This document shows, one piece after another, positions 35,103 through 44,800 of a stretch of DNA of 64,000 nt. Origin of the DNA: an uncultured Clostridia bacterium (GTDB lineage Bacteria; Bacillota; Clostridia; Oscillospirales; JAAYOS01). The notes under the pieces were generated by a model. That model did no database searches. It saw only the letters and a program-made list of their open reading frames with translations, and was not told the origin of the DNA. The first letter of the stretch is position 1, and every line of letters starts with the position of its first letter. The stretch lies in assembly GCA_947593925.1 (NCBI GenBank), contig CANQDU010000006.1, forward strand, positions 41,938 through 105,937. Direction: 5' to 3'. A program made the position numbers and the translations under genes.

Positions 35103-36548
35103 GTGGCAGGCATACATCTTGCGGTGGACATCGGCGCCTCGAGCGGACGGCACATAGCCGGTTGGCTGGAAAACGGACGGCTCGCCGTGCGCGAGGTCTA
35201 CCGCTTCGATACGCGGCAGGTGCGGCGCGGCGGCCACGACTGCTGGGACCTTGAAATGCTCGCGCGCGAGGTCGAGGCGGGCATGAAGGCGGCGGCGGAC
35301 GCCGGCCTCGCGCCGGACACTCTCGCCATAGACACATGGGGCGTGGACTTCGTCACGTTGGACGCGGAGGGATGCCCCACGAGGGACGCCGTCGCGTACC
35401 GCGACGCACGCACCGACGGCGCGGAGCGGTTCGTCCTGCCGCACTTCTCGCGGGAGGAGTTGTATCACCGCACCGGCATACAGTTCCAGAAGTTCAACAC
35501 CATATACCAGCTCGCCGTGACGGCGCACGAGACGCCGGAGGCGCTTTGCCGCGCGGAGACGCTTCTGATGATACCCGAATATCTCGCCTTCCGGCTCACC
35601 GGCAAGCGCGTGAACGAGTACACGAACGCCTCGACGACCGGCCTCCTCGACGCGAAAAAGCGCGACTGGGACTTTGAGATAATACGCGCGCTAGGACTTC
35701 CCGAGCGCATCTTCGGCAAGCTTCACGAGCCGGGGACGGTCGTGGGCGGACTTACGCCGGAGGTGTCCGCAAGGACGGGGTGCCGCTGCACGGTGCTCAC
35801 CGCGCCGTCGCACGACACGGCGTCCGCCTACCTCGCGGCGCCGATAGGCGCGGAGCCATGCGCCGTCATATCGAGCGGGACGTGGAGCCTCATCGGAACC
35901 GAGCTCACCGAGCCGTCTCTCGGCGAGGAGAGCCGCCGCGCGAACTTCACAAACGAGGGCGGCGCCGGCGGGACATACCGCTTCCTCAAGAACATAATGG
36001 GTCTCTGGATAATCCAGAGCATCCGCCGCGAGCTGAACGGCGAGGAATACGTCTCCTCGGGCGAGCGCTCCGCCGCGCCCGCGAAGAAGGTGAGCTTTGC
36101 GGAGCTGGAGGCGGCGGCGCGGAAGTCCCGGTACGACTGCATCTTCGACGTGGACGACGACAGCCTGCTCGCCCCCGCAAGCATGACGGCGGCGGTGACG
36201 GCGCTGCTCCGCGCGTCCGGCGCGCCCGCGCCGGAGAACACCGGCGACCTCGTGCGCTCGGTCTACCTCAGCCTCGCGGACAGATACGCCCGCTCGCTCG
36301 AGGAGCTCGGACGGATAACCGGGCGGAAGCCGGAGCGGCTGTATATCGTCGGCGGAGGCTCGCGGGACGGGTTCCTCAACGAGCTCACCGCGCGCGCCGC
36401 GGGCATCCCGGTGTACGCGGGGCCGTCCGAGGCGACGTCGATAGGGAACCTTCTGATGCAGCTCATAGCGGCGGGAGAGGTGAGCGACATCCCCTCCGCG
36501 CGCGAGATAGTGAAAAAATCATTTGAGATAAAGGAGTATGCGGTATGA
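35103..36548 (+). CDS. rhaB: Rhamnulokinase (FGGY family)
   Basis: 481 aa with a GTG start after AAAGGAG. It has the N-terminal motif LAVDIGASSGRH. It overlaps rhaA by 4 nt and sits in a rha gene context. Confidence 0.85.
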   Translation: MAGIHLAVDIGASSGRHIAGWLENGRLAVREVYRFDTRQVRRGGHDCWDLEMLAREVEAGMKAAADAGLAPDTLAIDTWGVDFVTLDAEGCPTRDAVAYRDARTDGAERFVLPHFSREELYHRTGIQFQKFNTIYQLAVTAHETPEALCRAETLLMIPEYLAFRLTGKRVNEYTNASTTGLLDAKKRDWDFEIIRALGLPERIFGKLHEPGTVVGGLTPEVSARTGCRCTVLTAPSHDTASAYLAAPIGAEPCAVISSGTWSLIGTELTEPSLGEESRRANFTNEGGAGGTYRFLKNIMGLWIIQSIRRELNGEEYVSSGERSAAPAKKVSFAELEAAARKSRYDCIFDVDDDSLLAPASMTAAVTALLRASGAPAPENTGDLVRSVYLSLADRYARSLEELGRITGRKPERLYIVGGGSRDGFLNELTARAAGIPVYAGPSEATSIGNLLMQLIAAGEVSDIPSAREIVKKSFEIKEYAV

Positions 36549-37786
36549 GCTTTGAAAACGCAAAGAAAGCCTACGCCGGTATCGGCGCGGACGTCGAGCG
36601 AGCCATGGAGACGGCGGCGGCGACCGCGATATCCATGCACTGCTGGCAGGGAGACGACGTCGCGGGCTTCGACACCGTGGACGGCGGCGCGGCGGACGGC
36701 ATCCAGACGACCGGCAACTACCCCGGCCGCGCCCGGAACTTCGAGGAGCTGAAGGCGGACTTTGAGAAGGCCGCGTCGCTCATCCCCGGAAAGAAGCGGA
36801 TAAACCTCCACGCGAGCTACGCGGTGTTTGACGAGGGCGAGTGGGTGGACCGCGACAAGCTGGGGTATAAGCACTTCGCCCCGTGGGTGGAGTGGGCAAA
36901 GGAACAGGGCCTCGCGATAGACTTCAACCCGACGCTCTTCGGTCATCCCATGGTGCGCGACGGCCTCACGCTCTCGAGCCCGGACGAGAAGGTCCGCCGC
37001 TTCTGGATAGACCACTGCATCGCCGTCCGCCGCATAGCGGACAGGATGGGGCGCGAGCTCGGGAGTCCCGCGCTCAACAACGTCTGGATCCCGGACGGCA
37101 TGAAGGACATCCCCTCGGACCGCTTCGGCCCGAGGATGCGTCTCAAGGCGGCGCTCGACGAGATATTTGCCGAGAAGCTCGACTTTGTTGTTGACTCGGT
37201 CGAGAGCAAGGTGTTCGGCATCGGCCTTGAGAGCTACACCACCGGCTCGAACGAGTTCTACGTCGCGTATGCCGCCTCGCACGAGAAGGTCTATCCTCTG
37301 CTCGACAGCGGACACTACCATCCGACCGAGCTCATAAGCGACAAGATACCCTCGCTGCTCTGCTTCTTTGACAGGCTGCCGCTGCACATCTCCCGTCCGG
37401 TGCGCTGGGACTCCGACCACGTTGTCATCTTCGACGACGAGCTGCGCGAGATAATGAAGGAGCTCGTCCGCTGCGGCGCGCTCGAGCGCGCGATGATCGG
37501 CCTCGACTTCTTCGACGCTTCGATAAACCGCGTCGCGGCGTGGGTGATAGGCACCCGCGCGGCGGAGAAGGCGCTGCTCTGGGCGCTTCTTCAGCCGCAC
37601 GAGGCGCTGAAGGAGATGCAGGACCGCGCGGACTACACGCAGCGCCTCATGCTGATGGAGGACACGAAGACCCTTCCCTTCGGCGACGTGTGGGACGAGT
37701 ACTGCCGCCGCGCGGGCGTTCCGCTCGACCGCGAGTGGTACGGGGAGGTCATGCGCTACGAGCGCGAGGTCACGTCGAAGCGGTAA
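36545..37786 (+). CDS. rhaA: L-rhamnose isomerase
   Basis: 413 aa. SMHCWQGDDV.GF, NLHA, IWIPDGMKD, GSNEFY, HISRPVRWDSDHVV and GLDFFDASINR.AAWVIGTR match E. coli RhaA as I recall it. Confidence 0.92.
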   Translation: MSFENAKKAYAGIGADVERAMETAAATAISMHCWQGDDVAGFDTVDGGAADGIQTTGNYPGRARNFEELKADFEKAASLIPGKKRINLHASYAVFDEGEWVDRDKLGYKHFAPWVEWAKEQGLAIDFNPTLFGHPMVRDGLTLSSPDEKVRRFWIDHCIAVRRIADRMGRELGSPALNNVWIPDGMKDIPSDRFGPRMRLKAALDEIFAEKLDFVVDSVESKVFGIGLESYTTGSNEFYVAYAASHEKVYPLLDSGHYHPTELISDKIPSLLCFFDRLPLHISRPVRWDSDHVVIFDDELREIMKELVRCGALERAMIGLDFFDASINRVAAWVIGTRAAEKALLWALLQPHEALKEMQDRADYTQRLMLMEDTKTLPFGDVWDEYCRRAGVPLDREWYGEVMRYEREVTSKR

Positions 37787-37860
37787 AACTCCGCAGCGGC
37801 GGAAATAATAGGTACGACCGGGCACTGCCCGAGTAAAAAAATAAACGGAGGTATATCACT

Positions 37861-39009
37861 ATGGCAGATCGCATCGTTCTGAACACTATTTCATACCACG
37901 GCAAGGGCGCTCTTGAGAACATCCTGCCCGAGCTCACCGGCAGAGGCTTTACGAAGGCCTTTGTCTGCTCCGACCCGGACCTCATCAAGTTCGGCGTGAC
38001 GGGAAAGGTCACGGACCTGCTTGACAAGGCCGGCTTCCCCTACGAGGTATACAGCGACATCAAGGCAAATCCGACGATAGAGAACGTGCAGCACGGCGTC
38101 GAGGCGTTCGGCAAGAGCGGCGCGGACTGCATCGTCGCCGTCGGCGGCGGCAGCGCCATGGACACGGCGAAGGCTATCGGCATCATCGCGACGAACCCGG
38201 AGTTTGCGGACGTCCGCTCACTCGAGGGCGTCGCGCCGACGAAGAACCACGCCGTCTTCACCATCGCCGTCCCGACGACCGCCGGCACCGCCGCCGAGGT
38301 CACGATAAACTACGTCATCACCGACGTGGAGAAGAAGCGCAAGTTCGTCTGCGTGGACACGCACGACATCCCGGAGGTCGCGGTCGTAGACCCGGACATG
38401 ATGAGCACCATGCCGAAGTCGCTCACCGCCGCCACCGGCATGGACGCGCTCACCCACGCGATAGAGGGCTACATCACCAAGGGCCACTGCGCGATATCCG
38501 ACATGTTCCACCTCGAGGCGATACGCCTCATCTCGACGCACCTGCGCGGCGCGGTCGAGAACACCCCGGAGGGACGCGAGGGCATGGCGCTCGGCCAGTA
38601 TATCGCGGGCATGGGCTTCTCGAACGTCGGCCTCGGCATCGTTCACTCGATGGCGCACGGCCTCTCCGCGCTGTATGACACGCCGCACGGCGTCGCCTGC
38701 GCGATAATCCTTCCGACCGGCCTCGAGTACAACGCTCCGGTCGCGGGCGGGCGCTACCGCGCCGTCGGCCGCGCGATGGGCGTCGAGGGTATAGACGGCA
38801 TGTCCGACGAGGACGCCGCGAAGGCGACGATAGCCGCCGTCAAGCAGCTCTCCAAGGACGTCGGCATCCCGACCGACCTCAAGGGCATCCTCAAGGAGGA
38901 GGACGTGCAGTTCCTCTCCGAGAGCGCCTATGCCGATGCGTGCTGCCCCGGCAACCCGCGCGACACCTCCGTCGAGGAGATAGCGGCGCTCTACCGCTCG
39001 ATGATGTAA
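37861..39009 (+). CDS. fucO: Lactaldehyde reductase (iron-containing alcohol dehydrogenase)
   Basis: 382 aa. NPEFADVRSLEG, PTTAGTAAEVTINYVITD..K.RKFVCVD and DALTHAIEGYIT match E. coli FucO as I recall it. Confidence 0.9.
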   Translation: MADRIVLNTISYHGKGALENILPELTGRGFTKAFVCSDPDLIKFGVTGKVTDLLDKAGFPYEVYSDIKANPTIENVQHGVEAFGKSGADCIVAVGGGSAMDTAKAIGIIATNPEFADVRSLEGVAPTKNHAVFTIAVPTTAGTAAEVTINYVITDVEKKRKFVCVDTHDIPEVAVVDPDMMSTMPKSLTAATGMDALTHAIEGYITKGHCAISDMFHLEAIRLISTHLRGAVENTPEGREGMALGQYIAGMGFSNVGLGIVHSMAHGLSALYDTPHGVACAIILPTGLEYNAPVAGGRYRAVGRAMGVEGIDGMSDEDAAKATIAAVKQLSKDVGIPTDLKGILKEEDVQFLSESAYADACCPGNPRDTSVEEIAALYRSMM

Positions 39010-39010
39010 T

Positions 39011-39035
39011 TACGAAGTAAACTTCGTAGTTTTTT
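39011..39035 (+). terminator. Intrinsic terminator after fucO
   Basis: Stem TACGAAGT / ACTTCGTA followed by GTTTTTT, starting 2 nt after the stop codon. Confidence 0.7.
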
Positions 39036-39113
39036 GCGGGGCGACCCCGCGTCCCTGAGTGAGTCAGAGCCTCACTTATGGACGCGGGGTCGCCCCGCGA
39101 AGCTTTGCTTCGC
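39036..39113. repeat. Solo palindromic unit of the GC-hairpin repeat family
   Basis: GCGGGGCGACCCCGC-GTCCCTGAGTGAG-TCAGAG-CCTCACTTATGGAC-GCGGGGTCGCCCCGC, followed by the GCGAAGC-TTT-GCTTCGC hairpin. The modules are the same as in the arms of copies A-C. Confidence 0.8.
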
Positions 39114-39147
39114 AAATAAAAAACGGCGGGTTTTGCCCGCAAAAACA

Positions 39148-39337
39148 GCGGCGAAAACCTGCCAAATCCTCTACTTTTTTGTAAAACGATTCATTCATCG
39201 CTTTGCCCATATTATAGCACGCTCAAATTGAAAATGCTAGTCTTTTTTCATAAAAATTTTAGCAAATTTTCGACTCGGAAAACCCTCTCCAATATTTGCG
39301 AAAAAGTAGAGATTTTGGCAGGAGGACTTTTCGCCGC
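39148..39337. promoter_or_regulatory. Inverted-repeat-flanked 120-bp AT-rich segment carrying an extended -10 promoter (candidate invertible promoter)
   Basis: IR-L (39148-39180) is GCGGCGAAAACCTGCCAAATCCTCTACTTTTTT. The reverse complement of IR-R (39301-39337) is GCGGCGAAAAGTCCTCCTGCCAAAATCTCTACTTTTT. That gives 10/10 plus 20/22 matches with one 5-nt indel. TGCTATAAT lies on the minus strand at 39211-39219, pointing away from the SLH gene at 39560. Confidence 0.5.
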
Positions 39338-39559
39338 CGGACGGCGTTTGCTCCCGTCCCTTCAGAGAGCCGGAGGGACGGGAGGAGGCGCTTTCCTCAT
39401 TAGCGGCTCCGTCTCCTTTCAGAGTCTGCCCGGACAGCGCGTGGCTGCGGCTTGCCGTTGCCGCCGCCCCCACTGTTCGGGCGGAAAGAAAAAAGGAACG
39501 AATGCCGCAGGAAAGTCCCCACAATACTTCAAACAGAATGTGAAAGGAGTACAATTACT

Positions 39560-41659
39560 ATGCGTAAGAAAGTACTGGCATTAGTGTTGGCGTTGGTCAT
39601 GGTTATCGCCATGCTTCCGACGGTGGCGTTCGCCGCGGACTTCGCCGACACGAAGGGCCACTGGGCTGAGACCCAGATCGACCGTTGGAGCGACTTCGGC
39701 GTCGTCGGAGGCGACGGCACCGGCTTCAACCCGAACGGCAGCATGACCCGCGCACAGGCGGCCCAGGTTTTCGTCAATCTTCTGAAGCTGACGAAGGCCG
39801 GCGACATCACCGCCTATACCGACGTTCCCGCCACCGCGTGGTATGCCGACGCGATAAGCAAGGTCGTCGAGAAGGGCATCATGAACGGCGTGAGCGCCAC
39901 GACGATGAACCCGGAAGGCACTCTCACCCGCGAGCAGATGTTCGTCATGATCGGCCGCGCGCTCGGCGTCAAGCCGGTCGAGACCGCCACGAAGACCTTC
40001 GTTGACGGCAAGGAGACCTCCGATTGGGCCACCGGCTACATAAACGCGCTTGCCGACATGGGCGTCATCCACGGCACCGGCAACAACGAGCTCAATCCGA
40101 CCGACGTCATCAACCGCGCGAGCGTTATGACCGCGCTCGACAACCTCATCGGCGGCTACGCGAACGAGGACGGCCAGACCGTCGAGATTCAGGAGGGCAA
40201 GATAACCCTTATCGTCGCTGACGACGTCAAGGTCACAGGCGAGGCTGACCCGGATATGCCGATAGTCGTCGCGGGCGCGGCGAAGACCGTCGACCTCGAG
40301 GGCGTCACCGTCACCGGCGAAGAGGCTCCCGTGGTTCAGGTTCAGGTCGAGGAAGTTGCCATAGAGAACGCGCCGGAGGGCACGAACGTTGCCGCTCCTG
40401 CCGAGGCTACCGACGTCACCGTCAACGGTGAGACCGTCGAGGCCGGCAGCACCGCCGAGGCTCCCGCTCCCGAGGCCGAGCAGACCGCTCCGTCCCAGCA
40501 GGGTACGACTCCGGTTCCGCAGCCGGCTCCGGCTGAACCGACGCCGTCTGAGCACAAAAATGAGGCCGAGGCAGCTATGAACGCTGCGTGGGAAGCTCTT
40601 GATACTGCTCTTGACGACATGGGTGAACTCGTTGTGGCTTCTCAGAGCAATGGCACTTATACTCTCACCATCAATTTTGATAAGCTTACGTCCACCGATA
40701 AGGTTCTTGACGGTGACGGTCACGGACTTGCCACCGCAATCGGCGAGGCGCTGAAAACGCACCTCAATGGTATCTCCCTGACTGTCGGCGGTGAGGATGT
40801 CTACACTGCCGAGGGCAAGTTCAATAACACCGCGCTTAAGCATGCTCTGTTCACCGTTGCCGGTGGCTTCTTCTATGATCTCGGTAATCTCCCCGAGAGC
40901 GGAGAGTTCAGATCCGTTGAGGGTACTGCCACTGCCAACAATTGCACACAGAGTGACAAGTGCACGTATGATGTTACCCTTAAGGTCGTGCTCACAGGCG
41001 AAAAACTCACTCGCGTCAAGGATTTTGCGAAGAAACTTTCCGATTATGTGTCCATGACTAAGATCAACGCGAGCGATGTTGCTAGTAAGTATGGCACGAT
41101 TCAAGGTCTCACCGGCGAATCCGAGTACATTGTCGTTTGCCTTGATAAGCTTCCCCAGACCCTTCTCACTAAGGTAGGTCAGGCTTATCGTGGTGACAGT
41201 GCGCAGACAGCTTTTGAGGGTGCTTCTGTTGAAGCGCTTTTGACCCTCCTGGCACAGCAGACAATGGACGGCAGCCTCGCCGAGATTGAGACGCTTGCTA
41301 GGATGATCAACACCAATGAAGGCCTTATCGATACCGTACTTGGCCACGTTTCCGCGAAGGTGCTTGTTGGCGGCGAGACTAAGGATCTTATTACCATGGG
41401 CTCCAATTATACTCCTTACGCCGGTTCAGTTACTGATTTTGCTAAGTTGGTCAAGGGCGTTAATGCGCTCCTCACCAGCGATGCCAAGTCCCTGAAGCCC
41501 AGCCAGTTCAAGGTCACACAGGGATCGACGACAGGCAAGTATATTGTTCCTGTTACCGTCCACATTGACCTCGAGTCTTCTCTCGGTTTCACGGCTGATG
41601 AGACGATACTGGTAGAGCTCAATATTGACCTCTCCTCCGTGAATACTTCCGGAAAATAA
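39560..41659 (+). CDS. Surface protein with N-terminal SLH (S-layer homology) domains
   Basis: I chose the start at ATG 39560 (MRKKVLALVLALVMVIAMLPTVAFA signal peptide) after AAAGGAG. There are three SLH-like repeats (FADTKGHWAETQIDRW..., YTDVPATAWYADAISKVVEKGIMNG..., FVDGKETSDWATGYINALADMGVIHG...). A Pro/Ala/Glu linker and an unassigned C-terminal half follow. Confidence 0.85.
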   Translation: MRKKVLALVLALVMVIAMLPTVAFAADFADTKGHWAETQIDRWSDFGVVGGDGTGFNPNGSMTRAQAAQVFVNLLKLTKAGDITAYTDVPATAWYADAISKVVEKGIMNGVSATTMNPEGTLTREQMFVMIGRALGVKPVETATKTFVDGKETSDWATGYINALADMGVIHGTGNNELNPTDVINRASVMTALDNLIGGYANEDGQTVEIQEGKITLIVADDVKVTGEADPDMPIVVAGAAKTVDLEGVTVTGEEAPVVQVQVEEVAIENAPEGTNVAAPAEATDVTVNGETVEAGSTAEAPAPEAEQTAPSQQGTTPVPQPAPAEPTPSEHKNEAEAAMNAAWEALDTALDDMGELVVASQSNGTYTLTINFDKLTSTDKVLDGDGHGLATAIGEALKTHLNGISLTVGGEDVYTAEGKFNNTALKHALFTVAGGFFYDLGNLPESGEFRSVEGTATANNCTQSDKCTYDVTLKVVLTGEKLTRVKDFAKKLSDYVSMTKINASDVASKYGTIQGLTGESEYIVVCLDKLPQTLLTKVGQAYRGDSAQTAFEGASVEALLTLLAQQTMDGSLAEIETLARMINTNEGLIDTVLGHVSAKVLVGGETKDLITMGSNYTPYAGSVTDFAKLVKGVNALLTSDAKSLKPSQFKVTQGSTTGKYIVPVTVHIDLESSLGFTADETILVELNIDLSSVNTSGK

Positions 41660-41679
41660 TTACCCATACCCCCGGCGCC

Positions 41680-41716
41680 CGGTGGCAGGCAGGCTTCTGC
41701 CTGCCACCGATTTTAA
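41680..41716 (+). terminator. Intrinsic terminator after the 699-aa SLH protein gene
   Basis: A 12-bp stem (CGGTGGCAGGCA / TGCCTGCCACCG) with a 6-nt loop, followed by ATTTTAATT. Confidence 0.75.
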
Positions 41717-41758
41717 TTAACTCTTTTCACCGATTCGGTGAGTTGAAAGGAGTTCCAA

Positions 41759-41836
41759 ATGGACAAAAAAGTTAAATTGTCGGAACACCTGACGACGATT
41801 TGCTTGTATGTATACGAAATGAGGTGTTATCTATGA
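41759..41836 (+). CDS. Candidate 25-codon upstream ORF translationally coupled to the 1762-aa SLH protein gene
   Basis: AAAGGAG lies 7 nt upstream of ATG 41759. The product is MDKKVKLSEHLTTICLYVYEMRCYL. Its TGA (41834-41836) overlaps the ATG (41833-41835) of the large gene as ATGA. There is no homology evidence. Confidence 0.3.
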   Translation: MDKKVKLSEHLTTICLYVYEMRCYL

Positions 41837-44800
41837 AAATCGGAAGACGCGCCCTTAGCTTTTCCCTCGCGCTGCTGCTTGTAGTGACGATGCTGCCCCT
41901 TAGCGCGCTGGCGGCGCCGGGTATGAGTCAGAATGAGGCCGTCAATACGGTTTATGACGCGATGAAAGAAGCAATCGCCGCGCCGGATGACGGAGTCAAC
42001 GCAGCGCTTACAGGGATTGCCAAGCTGAATTTTATTGAAGGTTCAAGCGGCGGTGTCGCTTGTAATTTTATTAATAAAAATTACCAAGCTATGGACCTAA
42101 TAAGCATTCCGTTTCTTAGCAAATTATTCGCTTATGAAAAAATAACCTCGATGACTCTGAGCGACATCGAGTGGGGCGAAGATTATTTGACAAAATACCT
42201 CGATCAGAACGCGGGGCAAACCAGCACCATGCTAACCATATTATCCTTACTTCCAGATATGCTTAAGCAGAACGACAACACCCTGCCGATAGCTCACGGA
42301 GAAGAGGATCAGCAAGATCTACAAATGCTACTGATGCTTGGAGTCCTTGCTTCGGTACTGGCTCGATACGATGGCAAGGCCGCCGAACTTTCAGGGGCAG
42401 ATGTTACAATAAGCTTTCTGGCGGGCACCCAAGTTCCCGTCACGCTCAACGGGGAGATTGACGGTATAACATTCAGCGCCCCTGTTACGATTTATTTCTG
42501 CAACAGTGATGACAATCATAAAGTGACCTTTACAGGCGTGGGCGTTACAGATAACAGCCCCACCGAATATCAATATGATGCTACGATTACATTCCCGGAG
42601 CCGAAAAATAGCGGTCAATTCCTCTACGGTTGGAAAAAGACCTGTACCGACTATGGAGATAGTAAAAATGAGAAAAAGAATGTAGAGTGCGGCGTGATTT
42701 CTGCCGCTGACGCCTCGTCTGAGAAGATGGGGGCGCTTGACGTTACATACGAAGCCCAGTGGACGTCCGAAACCAAGAACGTGATATTCCACTATGAGGA
42801 CGATACATCTACTACAACAACGATTGCTCAGGGTGTCGGCGAGGGTTGGCTGCTCCCGGAAACCCCGAAGCGGGAGGGCTACACCTTCCTCGGTTGGTTT
42901 ACCGATTCGGAAGACAGCGACAGCAAGATCGGAGAGAACTATGCCACTGAAAACGGCACAGATATCTACGTCCATTGGTGGAAGCACCCGGTCGTCACCT
43001 TCCATAACGAATATGCACGCAATACAGATACAAAAGTAACCACAGATTCCAGGGGCATGGTACCTACGACTCAAGCCGAGAATCTAGGAAATGCCAAACG
43101 AGGATATACTTTCCACGAATGGCTGGACTCTGAGGAAAATGGCAAAAAGATAGATTTTGACACCAAAGTGTTTACGGGAGACACCACCGTCTACGCAAAG
43201 GTTACTGCCAACACCTACACCGTGGAATTCAAGCCCGGAGATAGTGACGTTACAGGTTCGATGGAAAGCCAGCAGTTCACTTACGACGTGCCCCAAGAGC
43301 TCAAGGCGAACGAGTTCACCCGCAAGGGCTACGACTTCGATGTCTGGTCTCAAAGTCGTAATAAGACATATACAGATTGCCAGGAGGTGTCGAATCTCAC
43401 CTACGCTCAGGGCGGGAAAGTCACCCTGACCGCCAAGTGGAAGGCAAAAACGTATGATGTGACCCTTGACGCCGACGGCGGCGAAGTTAACGGCAAGGAC
43501 ACAGATACCATCACCGTCACCTACGACCAGACCTACGGCGATCAACTGACCGACCCCACAAGGGAGGGTTACGAGTTTGCCGGCTGGCAGACCGCCGGCG
43601 GTGAAACGGTAAGCCAGCAGACCAAAGTTGGCGAGGGGCTCGATGTCACTGCGGAGGGCGAGCTTAAACTTATCGCTCAGTGGAACCCCAAGGGCGATAC
43701 CAAGTATACAGTGAAGCATTGGCTGCAAAAGGTCGATGGCAATGAGTATGAGCTTGCCGATAACGGCGAGGAAAGCAAGAATGGTCAGACTGCCGCCGAA
43801 GTTACCCTGACGCCCAGAGAGATTACGGGCTTCCATGTCAATAGGGCAAGCAGTAATGACCTTAAGGGCACGATCGGCGCGGACGGCCAGACCGTCATGA
43901 ACATCTACTACGACCGCAACACCTATCAGATCACATGGAAGTACCGGGATGCGGCGGGCAGCGAGACGTCGGCGCAGGAGACCTATCGCTACGGCGCCAA
44001 GCCCTCGCGCGAGGAAGCGGAAGTGAATGTGGATACAAACAGCACCCACTACGAATTTACCGGTTGGGATACCACTCCCGCCGAGGTCACCGGCGTGGCG
44101 ACCTACACCGCCCTGTACACCGAAAGCCACGAGGCGAGGATAGGGGAGACCAACTGGCGCACGCTGGAGCTCGCCCTTGAGCACGCCGAGGCGAACGATA
44201 CCGTTGTCCTTGAAAGCGACGTCACCCTTACCGGCGATGTGGAGGTTCCCAAGGACGTCATGCTCCTCCTGCCCGTCTCCGCGGATGACACCGGCTACAC
44301 CGAGACAGGCTACAACCCCGACGGGACGAGCACTGCCGGCAGCACCGGCAAGGCCGCAAACGCGCAGGTGTTCCACACGCTGACGATCCCCGCCGAGAGT
44401 ACCCTGACGGTCAACGGCACGGTGCTTGTCAACGCGGTCACCGGGCGCCCCGGCGCGGGACACTACGACATGGACGTGACCGGCGGCTACGGAGAGATCG
44501 CGCTTGAGGGCGAAATCATTGTCAAAGATGGCGGCATACTTGACGTGTGCGGATACGTCACCGGCAGCGGAACCGTCACTGCCGAGCCCGGCGGCGAGGT
44601 GCGCGACCTGTACATCGTCCGCAACTGGCGCGGCGGCTCGCGGGCGCTTAGCGTCTATCCGTCCGTCTACCCCATGAACCAGGCGGACATGCACAACATC
44701 GAGGTCAAGACTGTCATCAACGCGGGCGCCAGCCTTGTCGGCACCGTCAAGATGTACGCAAACGAGCAATACTACTACACCCGCTTCCCGCAGATAGATC

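Noticed and set aside
39228-39584. 118-aa plus-strand ORF upstream of the first SLH gene
   Set aside because: It starts inside the AT-rich inverted-repeat-flanked segment and has no RBS. It runs through hairpin-rich leader sequence into the real gene's signal-peptide region in another frame.
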